DNA from: Selaginella moellendorffii
Taxonomy: Eukaryota > Plantae > Lycopodiophyta
Assembly: GCF_000143415.4 (NCBI RefSeq)
Contig: NW_003314274.1
Span: 1,243,395 to 1,307,394, forward strand
Reading direction: 5' to 3'
DNA length: 64,000 nt
The translations under genes were made by a program, and so were the position numbers. Under the pieces are notes generated by a model, which was given only the letters and a program-made list of their open reading frames with translations, was not told where the DNA came from and searched no databases. Shown here one piece after another: positions 25,171-35,912 of the stretch (position 1 is its first letter; each line of letters begins with the position of its first letter).

Positions 25171-27197
25171 TCTTCCTCCATCGCTAGCCGCTAGAATTTT
25201 TCTTTGGTCGTTTCTTTGTCGTAGATTCTTGATATATTCGTTTTCTTCAACTTCTCGCTAAAAGCGATTACGCTCACACTCCAAGTTTTCTGCGACTTGG
25301 GTGGCTTCAATCTTCAAGTGTTCTTCATGTTTTCATGCTCGTTAACACTTGCTTGCTCTGATTTCTTGACGGAGATTCTTCAAATATTCTAATGTGCAGA
25401 ATATTATTCGTCATCAACCTCTCACCAAGAGGCGGTTATGGAGGATGCTTGGACTTTCTGAGAAGTGGACGATCACTAGATGATCATAGTCTTCAAGCGC
25501 TTGGTCTCTAGCATGTTTGCCATGCTTCTTGCTGTAGATTTTTGTCGATTTTCTTCTTTTTGTTTCTTTTTGACTTTTCCCTTGATTCTTGACTTCGGCT
25601 TTTTTTTTAGTTGTGGCTAAGGCTTCCAGTATTTGTTCTTTGGGTGCTCTTCACTTCGCCTATCCCACCGTGGTCGCAAAAGTGGTGAAACTACAAAATC
25701 ACCTCTACAATGATCTTGTGAATCCTCTCTAATCTAAACTAGATCCAAACATAAAAAGGAAAGAAATACTTAGCCATGTGCTGTCGCAAAGATGTTGATG
25801 CTGAGATTGATGCACATCTCACAGCCTTGATCCCCAGAAGGTAGTGAGTAAGATAGGCATGGAAGAGAAGAGTAGATGTTGAACAAGTGGAGTGTATATT
25901 ATTATGGCCAAGGATATAAAAGACAGAAAGGGGATAGGTCTGGCGTGCTATCACTAGCCTATATAACCACTACATGCCCAGTCATCCAAATCAAGAATTT
26001 AGACCGGGAGAAATCCTGATCTCAATTCCTGACTCAGGAAATGCCTTTGTGCGAAAATCACGATGCAAAATGCATGTACCTCTCTACTCCTCTTAATATT
26101 CCTCCAAATCCCAGCCCATCTATGAGAAAACTTTGATGGTCTTCCATCATTCCAAAAGGAGGAGATGATGTGAGGTATAAATATATGGCTACAATTTCAT
26201 ATACTAATATTAGTGTAACAGGATTTTTGGTTTTAATTTAGACCACTTGCAATTGTATATAAGCTAGATTTTTTGGCTAATTGATATACATATTTCCTGT
26301 ATTCTCTTTTCATATTCCATGCATTCTCATTTTTAAATTAAGATATTTATTTTCCTTAAAAACATCTAAAACATTCCAGCTTTAGTAAAATATTTTATTA
26401 CTAATTTGCGACAACAATTTCATTAACAAATAAAACTTCTAAATAATATGAATGTGTTATAAAATCAGCATGGAAAAATTCAGTAATGAGGGAATTCAAC
26501 ATGGAGGACTTCAGCATTGCTCATATATTCTATGATATTAACATTGCAAATCATCCATGAGCCTACTGAAGAATCCTAAAAACAAAGTAAAACTTATAGA
26601 AATGAGCAAAACATGGAGATTATGATACATTTTTTACTTTTGAAATGACTTTTATTAATATAGGTAGTTCCTGGAAATAAAATCAATTTCACTGAATAGA
26701 GAGTCTCAAATGTTCTACCATTAGGTGGGCAACAATAAACATTCATTTAATAAAAAAGAATGCTTATTCAACTAAGCTTGTATTTCCTCCCCAGCCAGAT
26801 ATTAAGCTTGCTGATTCTAAGTTTTGGATAATTAAATATCCAAAAGAGTTGATTCAAAAAGTAATTTTCTTGACTACAAGAAAGGTAAGTAAAGCTTTCT
26901 CATCTAGGATAATTTCTTCCTTTTATCTATACAGATATAGCTATAGGGAGCAGAAATAAAGCCAGGAAAATTCAAGTTTTCAATCTAGTCACAATCATGA
27001 GTTACTAATTTCAAGTTAGTCTTTTCATATTCTTTTATATTATTAAAGTAGCTAATAGAGCTATCAAATTTAAATTATAATCTCAAAATTGAAAAAAGGT
27101 TTGATCTTTCTCTTGTTTATTTATATATATTATTTTCTTAAGTAGGGTTTAGGTATTTCTCAAAATGATTATGAGTATTATAATGTTGTTAAGAAGT

Positions 27198-27450
27198 TGT
27201 AAACAATAAAAAAGAATGACTTGATAAATGATCCATAAAGGCTTATATATTAAAAAAAATATCCATGACTAAAAGTGCACCTTTTTTTCCAATTAGTTAA
27301 GGATTTTGAGATATTTAGGGTTAAATATCTTTAAATGGAAGTCTATAAAAGTTTACATTTGGTATTAAAGAAGTCTCAATTTTAACTCTAGTGCTTAGCT
27401 ATAGGTGACCTTTTAAGAAATCCATAAAAGTTTACATTTGGTATCAAAGA
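27198..27450 (+). mobile_element. Degenerate AT-rich Cassandra LTR remnants
   Basis: Colinear similarity to 12046-12239 (AGTGCACC, GGGTTAA, TTTACA) followed by TTTGGTATTA/TTTGGTATCA PBS-like sequence. Confidence 0.6.
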
Positions 27451-30374
27451 GATTCTAACTTTATTAGTTGGCTATTACATATTGAGTTTGGCATTTGTAG
27501 TTTGCCTCCAGCTAGACTCAACTCGAGGTGTAGGGTATCAAGAGAGCAGGGCTATTTAGAAAGCTATAGCTCTTAATTTTATTCATAAAGAAGCTCTATT
27601 TCGTTAAAGTGGGATTTATTCAGTAAAATGGGACTAGGTACAAATTTTCAAGTATTTGAAAATGACGTGAAATTATATGTTTTTTGTCCAGGGGCTAGAC
27701 ATATCTGGGGCATGGTGACTAGCGCGGTGACTTTGTGTCCAGACTGAGTCCATCTGGTTGTATAATAAATCTCATTGTCAAGGTGAACAAGCCGAATCTG
27801 AAGCTAAAGAAGAGCGATGGCATGCGCGCACACACTATTTGTTTGTTCATTGAGCGTGTGGTGAGCTTTCCAAGATGAACGTCATTCCTATTAGCCAGAC
27901 ATATAACTTAATGGTGAGAACATTTAGATATTATTCAATGTTATCTTTTTCTAACGAATCTAATTGTGAAGGTGTAGCAAGAGGCATTGCTAGTCTGGAG
28001 AAGTCATTTAACTCATTTGACCCTTAGTGTATTTTCATGAAACTAAATAACATTCATATTATTAAGGAATTTCTCTAGTACCTTTTTTTTACGACATAGA
28101 GGCTTGCATTTCTTTCAAAGGTGATTTAGTAAAAGGCCTGAGGGCACATGCCATTCTATTTCTCAGACCGGTATAAAGATATACTAGTGCAAAGGGAAAA
28201 AGGTATTTGGTGATCAAGTAAATGGCATGAGGGCACACGCCATTATAAGCCTAAGCACTAGTGGACACCTCCTTTTTGGTGTCACGCCTCATGCCTCACG
28301 CCATCACGCCATGCCATCACGCCTCCTCTAATTCAGATTCGGATTGTTCACCTTGAAATAAAATACATTAGAAACTTAGTAAAGGAATATTAATGAATCT
28401 CACCTTGAACCCGGGTTATGAATGCTCTTGCTGCATCTCTTGCATGGTCTGGCAAGGTGATGGTAGCACTCTGCTTCCGCATCCAACCATGCACAACATT
28501 ATCCACCGATATGCTCATGCTGGGATCCCTTGGATTCAGCACCCATCTCTTTTCTAGGCAATCCTTCATATATCCGGAACTTGGCTTGAACCACTCCACA
28601 GTTACATTGAAGGAGTTAGTTTCCGCATCCTCCTCTGCATCAGTGATCAGTGATGCAGCGCCCCACCCATATCATTTGTTTTTTATTACTGGGTCTGACA
28701 AGCACGACCATTCCTTTGCAGACCTGTACTGGATTGAATGCTGAATCCGGCTTCTTGTTCCTCGGCCCACAATAGTGATCCTCAACATCGTTATCTGTCA
28801 CTGCATTTCCAGAGGACATTGTTCCGCTACTATCTGGTGCTTTGGGTTCTGGCCAAAAGGACTCTTCCAATTCTTCATATACAACTGGCCCATTTTGGAT
28901 AGCAGATATAATCTTCTCCCAGTATTCGAGCAAAGGCTTGCACCTCTTAAAATAGGATTCTCCACCAAACACCAACCCCCTCTTCCAGAAGGCAATATGC
29001 TGTCTAATCCCGGCCACTATACTTTCCTGGTCTTTGAGTCCATCCGGGTGCATCGGCCGTGGGGAACCCTGAGGAATCATAGGTTCCCCAGTTATGGGAT
29101 CTCTCTTGAAGAGTTCAATGCCATCCACTGGCAGCCACACTGTGTCCCATTCTCTCATCTTGTACCTCATCACTGGAGCACCGTCACGCATGCTGAAATG
29201 AAACTGAAGAGGCTTGGAGTGGCCAATCAGCGTTTCGGATCCGTCCCTGATGTAGCCTCTTACAAACCCCTTAAAGTCTGGAACCTCTGTCACAAGTGCA
29301 GCTTCAACAGTGCCTTTGATGCAATTTTGGAATTCATCGTAGAGTTGTGGGAGGGTGAGGACATTGGATCGCCGGAGGGACTCTGCCAGGTGACTGAACA
29401 TGGCATTGACGTCTTCATGAGTGTGCCCAACCATGAGAAAGCCAAGTGTAACCGTTTCAAATATGCTTTTGGCAACAAGCATCGCTAAGTACGCGAAGAC
29501 GTACATGTTTTTGTTCTCACTGCCAGCATTGTCTGTTTGGAGCAGAAGATGGGGTGGAAGGCCACATCGGCCGCAAGAACTTCCTTGAGTGTAAGCCACA
29601 AATTTTTCCTTTCCAATTTGCCAGCTTACCTCGCCTATCCGACCAACTCCGCCTTGGCTTGTGCTAAGTTCCCTCGCCAAGGTTCTCGCCTTTGGTGCCA
29701 GCTCCTACTTGGTTTCAACTACTTACTGCACGAGCAACGGAGTGTTAGCCATCCATCTACGGATTCCCAAATCTCTCCCAATCCCCCTCCCCGGGTTAGA
29801 CTGGACTTAAGGTTCGGCTACACTCCCCGCAGGCACAAGCAGCCAAGCACACCAAGCCTCCAGATTCCTAACACCCCAAGGTATCACAAGGCTTGATCAT
29901 GGGACCCTCTAAATCCCAAGCCTTGGGTGCAGCACTTGCTTCGGGACGTCGGGGCGAAACACCGTGGCCTAACGGCCCGGTATGGGTACCTCTACCCCCC
30001 CTCTTCCATCCCGAAGGAAAGGCCCAAGCCCCCGGAAGGGCGAGGACCAATGAGCCACAAGGTACTCAAGTGGGGCACCACTCCACCTGAGCCGGGAGCA
30101 CCGCAATCGGTTTCCCTTTCGGGAGTGGGAGCTGCTCTTGAGCACTTCCTTGGATGGCCCCTCCGGCACCAGCCAAGTCCATGCTCACTCCCACCCAAGG
30201 CCCCTCGGTCCCAGTCCCAACCTCAAGTCGGTTTGGAAGCCCAACTGGAGAGTCCCTTCTAAACTGGTTCCTGGACCTCACTATCCCTACTATACTTTTG
30301 GAACCCCCTGCAGCCCCCCCCCCCCTGGGAGACGCACGCTTTGGGCTTCACCCCTTGACCCGTATTAGTATTTG

Positions 30375-30655
30375 GACTTAGTCTCTGGCTCGATCTCGGA
30401 CCCGATTTCGGATCCGACTTCGGATTCGGGTTCGGACTCGATCACGGACTCGATCTCGGACCCGATCTCGGACCCGACCTCGGACTCGACCTCGGACTCG
30501 GTCTCGGACCCGATTTCGGATCCGGACTCCGTCTCGAACTCGGTCTCGAACTCGGACTCGAACTCGGTCCCCGAGTCGGTCTCGGATTCGATTCCGGACT
30601 CTATCTCGAACTCGGTCCTAGAGTCGGTCTTGGACTTGATCCTCGACTTGGTCCC
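30375..30655. repeat. CpG-rich 6-bp-period repeat (CTCGGA/CTCGAT/CTCGAA) in LTR U3; also at 36757-37037 and decayed at ~63535-63810
   Basis: Visible hexamer periodicity. Confidence 0.9.
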
Positions 30656-31139
30656 ATCCGATGAACTCTTTGTCACTTCGGTCAAGCTTTTGGGGATCCT
30701 TTAGCCTACGACATCTCGGGGAGTCGGTTCCTTACAACTCCACCACCCATAGAAGAAGTTCGATGCCCACATCGAACGTCTCGTTTTATCCTACGACTTG
30801 TTGTCCATGTCTCCGGGGGCATCCCCCCACTTAGCGGTGTGCCTAAGTTAGCCTCCCCGGCCAAGAGCCCATGACAACGGAATATAGGTGTCCCTATATT
30901 CCTCACCTCACCACGCCCTAGTATAGGGTCGGGACTTGAACCCAGCCTTGCTTTACTAGGGGGTTGGGACTCGAACCCAACCTCCGTAGAATACGTCTAC
31001 GGATTCGACATCCCCGCAGGGAGTCGGGCGTAGTGCCCTACGCCTGGTCGACCTATCCAACCCATGCTAATTAGCTTACCTTTGGCGCGCCTTCGGGTCC
31101 CAACATATGCCATTTGCTCAACTTTGCAAATTGATATTT

Positions 31140-34100
31140 TTAATTGAATTTTGCATAAGTACATAAAGTTCTGCCTTGCAGAAATTCCTCCACTAGATCT
31201 CGAGCGTTCGCTAGGTTCTCCTCCGGTTCCCATGTTGCTTCGCAGTGTGGAAATCCTTTCCACTTCACATGGAACTCTCTCACCTCGCGTCCTTGTCGCT
31301 TGCTCTTGCGCGCATTGAGGATGGCCTCGACTTCGTATTCCTCTTCCCCTTGGATAACCTCAGGTAAAGGTCTCACTTGGTCCTTGCGAAGCGGATCCTC
31401 AAAGTACGGCTTGAGTAAGTTCACGTGGAACACTGGGTGCATCTTCCCCATCTCTCGAGGAAGTCGGAGTCGGTAAGCCACTTTACCGATTCGTGCCTCA
31501 ATTTCATAAGGCCCCGCGAACCTGCTTAAGGAACTCAAGATCAATTCATTTACAGGAATACATGCGTCTTTACCTTTGGGTCAACTTTCGGCTGATCCAG
31601 CTTGGTAGTCTGAGGTTCTTGGTGTTCAGCCACACCTTCTCCCCAGCTTGGAACTCCACATCCCGACGCTTTTGGTTCGCGTACTTAGTTTGCCTTTGTT
31701 GAGCCCGTTCCAAGGAATCCCTCACTAGATTCCAAATGTTGAGTCTTTCCGCCGTGAATGCCTCCACTGCGGGTAACTCTCCATGATACTCGGCCACGCC
31801 GAGTTCCACAGGACCTTCAATAGCTCGCCCATTGATGACTTCCCATGGACTCACCCCGATGCTTGAGTGTGGTGAGTTGTTATAACACATTTCCGCAAGT
31901 CCCAAATGACTTACCCAGTCGGTCTGGTCTCCCGAGACATAGCATCGCAAATAATCCTCCAGCTGCCTATTCACCCTTTCCGTTTGTCCGTCTGTCAAGA
32001 AGTGTTAGTGCCATCAATCTTGACTTAATACCCATTACCTGTCTGTGGGTGATAGGCTGTGCTGAATTTCAATTTGGTGCGATACTGTTCTAGGAGTGTC
32101 CTCCAGAACCTACTAGTGAAGATCTTATCTCGATCTGAGATAATCTCTTCCGGCCTTCCCCGCACTCGAACCACTTGTTCAAAGAACAGCTTCGCCACAC
32201 CTTCCGCATCCACGTCCGTTGTGGTGGGTATGAAATGTGCCATCTTTGAAAATCGGTCCACCACCACGAATATCGCATCAAACCCCTCGCTTGGGGGTAG
32301 TCCCGTGATGAAGTCCATCGTAAGACATTTCCACGGGCGATCTGGAATTGGGATGCTTTGCAACAAGCCCCCACTAGCCTTAGTCACGGCTTTGACCTGC
32401 TGACATGTTGGACATGTCTTTACATAGTCTTGGACGTCCTTAGCCATATCTGGCCAATGGTACTTCCTCTTGAGTAAGCCCATCGTCTTGGGCACTCCGC
32501 CGTGTCCCGCAAGAGGTCCGTCATGACACTCTTCTAAGGCCACCTTCCTTAGTTCCCCTTCTGGAACATACACCCTCGTTTGCTTGTAATAAATGAGTCC
32601 GTTGCGTTCCGCATAGCCCGTTTTCTCTTCCGTTGGCAGCTCACCTCTCTGGTGAGCTTCCCGCGCCTCTAGATTCCTCAGCAACACTTCTTGTGCTAGA
32701 CCATCGTTCTCATATGCTGTCCGCACATCGTCCCAGAAGGTTGCTGTTGCGCTGGATATTGCCAACTTCAAGCTCGCTTTTCGACTTAGCGCATCCGCCA
32801 CGATGTTGCTCTTCCCAGGCTTGTACAGAATTTCGCAATCAAACTCGGCCAAGGCATTGGCCCACCGACCTTGTTTCCCTCTTAGGTCGGGCTGTGACAA
32901 GAAGTGTTTCGTCGCCACATTGTCCGTGTAAACCTTGAAGTGTCTCCCAAGGTAGTGTCGCCACTCCTTGAGTGCCTTGACCACCGCAAACAATTCTTTC
33001 TCATGGGCAGGCCACTTCCGTTGAGCCTTGTCCAGCTTCTTCGAGAAGAACGCTACCGGATGGTTGTCTTGCTTCAGAACTGCGCCCAACGCAAAGTCCG
33101 AAGCATCCGTTTCTACCTCAAAGTCCTTACCAAAGTCTGGCAATGCCAATACGGGAGCCTTCCTCAACTTCCCTTTGAGGTGGACGAATGCCGCCTCGCA
33201 TTCTGCTGTCCATACCATCTTCCCTTTTCCTGTTTGGTCCGTTAAGGGCAGGGCTACTCTCGAATAGTGTCTGATAAACTTTCGATAGTAGTTGCATAGC
33301 CCCAGGAACGCCCTCAACTCATGTACATTCGATGGTCGCTCCCATTCCTGGATCGCTTGGACCTTCTCCGGGTCCACCTTGAGCCCGTCCTGGCCCACCA
33401 CATGCCCGAGAAACTTTACCTCTTGTTGAGCAAAGTCACATTTGCTCTCTTTAGCATACAGCTTGTGTTCCCTTAGTTTCTCAAACACCTTCGCCAAGTG
33501 TTCGGCATGCTCTTCTAGCGTCTCGCTATAGATCAGGATGTCGTCGATATAGACGACCACGAAGTGATCCAGATAGGGTACAAAGACGTGGTTCATTAGC
33601 GCCGAAAACGTTGCCGGCGCATTACATAGCCCGAAGGGCATCACCAGAAACTCAAAGCTCCCATACCTCGTTCGACAGGTTGTCTTCTCGACATCTTCCT
33701 CGGCTACCCTGATCTGGTAGTATCCTGACCTTAGGTCAATCCTCGAGAAGTATTTTGCCTTTCCCAACCTATCGAACAGGTCCTCAATCCTTGGCAAAGG
33801 GTACTTGTTCTTCTTTGTATACTTGTTGAGCAAGCGGTAGTCTATGCACATGCGCATAGATCCATCTTTCTTTTTCACAAATAACACCGGCGCCCCATAC
33901 GGCGACTTGCTCAACCTAACATACCCTTTGTCCACCAACTCCTCTAGTTGGCACTTGAGCTCCTTGAGTTCTTTTTCGTTCAAACGATAAGGGGGACGAA
34001 CCACTGCCTCAGCACCCTCGACCAGCTCAATCTTATGTTCTATCGGTCGTGCTGGGGGCAGCCCCGCCGGTAGCTCCTCCGGCATGGTATCCTGGAATTG

Positions 34101-35912
34101 GTCCAACACCCGCTGGATCACTAAAGGCACTTCTTCCGTTCTTGTCTTTTTGTCACTCTTCACCGAGAGTAAGCACAAAAAGGCTGCCTTAGTTCCTTTA
34201 GTGAGTTGTCCTCTCGTGGACACCAGGTTTAAGCAGGATTCTTTGGCCTTGCTTTGCCCTACCTTTAGATCCTGGGCTTCCACCCTAGATCTTCTTCCTT
34301 GGGCATTCGCCAGTACCACAAGGTTCCTACCTTGTCCATGTAGGGCTACCACGAACCGATTGAACCAATCCATTCCGAAGATCACGTCAAATCCCGCCAT
34401 GTCCAACACGGTGAAATCCATGTCTACCTTCCAAGTCCCTACTTCGACTTTCGCTTGTCGAAGTACCTCATCGGTGCTTTGGCTACCTTGAACAAACTCT
34501 ATAGTCCTTGGTTCGCCTAGCCGCTGCACCGTTAGTCCGGCTTGCCGGACTATGTCTGCAGCCACAAAATTATCCGAAGCACCCGTGTCAATAAGGATCT
34601 TAACAAAGCTACCTCCGAGCTTCCCTCGGAGGGCTAGTAGATGTCGCGAACGACTCTCTACCAAAGTTGCTCGTGTAATGAGTAACTTTGAGTTAGGGAC
34701 TGGATCACATACCTCATTTTGGACTTCGCCCGACTTGATGGCCATATTGGCTCTGGCCTTCTTCGGGTAGGGACATTCCCTTGAAAAGTGTCCCGCTTCA
34801 CCGCAGTTATAGCATACGTTGTTTCCCACGCTGCTATATGACTTGACCTTCTTATCCGTGGGTTTGTCTCTTTTCGCTTGACTCCCCCACGTACTTGCTC
34901 GCTGGCCACCGGATTTGCCTTTCCGAAATCCCGAGGACTCATTCTTAGAGAAACTCTTCTTGAATTTCCCCCTGCTATATGTTCCCCTCGGTTTGGCCCC
35001 TTTGTGAAATGTGGATCCCGACCCCGTCGTGTTCCCCTTTCGCAGGTTATCGTTGAAATGCACCTTGATGGCCGCATCCAACGCTTCCTTGTAGTTGGTC
35101 GGGTTCCAGCGCATCACCTCACCGCGAGCCCAGGTTTGCAAACCTGATATAAAGGCATGGAACGCATCCATATCCCCCATGTCCGTGACAAGTATCCTCT
35201 TTGCCATGAACCCATTCACATATTCCTGGATGGTTCCAGTCTGCTTCAGCCTACTCAGCTCATCTCTCAGATGCAGAGTGGCATTCGGAGGAACGTATGT
35301 CGCGCGGATCCTCGCCTTCATCATGTCCCAGGTGGCCACCGGTCCTTCGTTGGCCTCCGTTGTTCTCCACCAAGACTTGGCATTATCTGCCAAGTATGGT
35401 TTTGCACATGGGACCTTCTCCGAGCTCGGTAACCGTAACGCTCGGAAGTAGTCCTCCATATCGTAAAACCAATCCTCCACAACCTTATAGTCGTTCACTC
35501 CCTTGAACACCGGTGGGGGCTTTGGTTTGTACTTGGGAACTGCCTGAGGGACTGATTCCACTTCGGTCTGTTCGACCTTGTCTGGTTTTGCCTCAGTCCC
35601 TGCCGAAGGGTCCGCACCTTCTGCGCTGCCAGCATCCGCAGTCTTTCGCCTTTTCTTCCGTTTCTCGTCACGCTTTAGCTTGCGTACGAGAGTCTCCAGC
35701 AGGGCATTGGTCTGCGCCAATTGACCTTCTAGAACGTCCAATCGAGCCTTGGACGACCGAACCTCGCCACCGGACTCCTGTTTGGAAGTTTCCTCACTAG
35801 AGTCCTCCTCATGCAAGGATTCCTCATCCATAGCCTCTTGTTCGACCGGAGGCTCCAGCTCTGGCGGAGGTTCTGTCTCCGCCTGGGTTCGCTTACGCCC
35901 TGCCCTTGCCAT
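31140..35912 (-). CDS. Gag-PR-RT-RH-IN-chromodomain polyprotein, 1557 aa after splicing (exons 35912-32039, 31991-31574, 31521-31140)
   Basis: CCHC knuckle, DTGA protease, YIDD RT, DAS RNase H, HHCC and DDE integrase, chromodomain YEVEAIL..VKWKGF..TWE. Removing two GT-AG introns restores HPQTDGQTER and KLTQRFAGPY. Confidence 0.92.
31522..31573 (-). other. 52-nt GT-AG intron just before the integrase GPY/F motif
   Basis: CAAAG|GTAAAG...TTAAGCAG|GTTCGCGGGGCCTTAT; removal restores the frame. Confidence 0.88.
31992..32038 (-). other. 47-nt GT-AG intron in the integrase catalytic core
   Basis: ACAG|GTAATG...CTAAC...TTGACAG|ACGGA with a CTAAC branch-point motif; removal gives HPQTDGQTER. Confidence 0.9.

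Larger units (their letters stand above)
15761..26086 (-). mobile_element. Full-length non-chromovirus Ty3/Gypsy (Athila-like) with extra ORFs
   Basis: 404-bp LTRs at 15761-16164 and 25683-26086, TSD CTCCT, PBS resembling tRNA-Arg(UCG) at 25663-25679, domain order gag-PR-RT-RH-IN. Confidence 0.92.
11118..26170 (+). mobile_element. Heavily decayed Ty3/Gypsy element interrupted by two later insertions (boundaries approximate)
   Basis: Remnants of gag (WYNGL ~11370), RT (DVYPLPHI ~13393, FGLNNAPTTF ~13555, FINDVLIHS ~13635), RNase H (~14050-14400) and integrase (ELVAFDLMG ~14985). PPT AAAAGGAGGAGATGA then TG at 26169. Confidence 0.75.

Noticed and set aside
29590-29680. N-terminus of the 346-aa ORF 28640-29680
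   Set aside because: It is LTR sequence; the real upstream transposase continues at 37119.
30365-30704. E/S/T- and D/S-rich ORFs, also at 36747-37086 and 63532-63847
   Set aside because: By-products of the LTR hexamer repeat, open on both strands.
31100-31180. Third intron after the chromodomain
   Set aside because: AT-rich, but no convincing donor-acceptor pair that restores a recognisable motif.
31522-32038. Ribosomal frameshifting or random decay as the cause of the split integrase
   Set aside because: The breaks are extra sequence with GT-AG ends, their removal restores motifs exactly, and they are shared with a diverged second copy.
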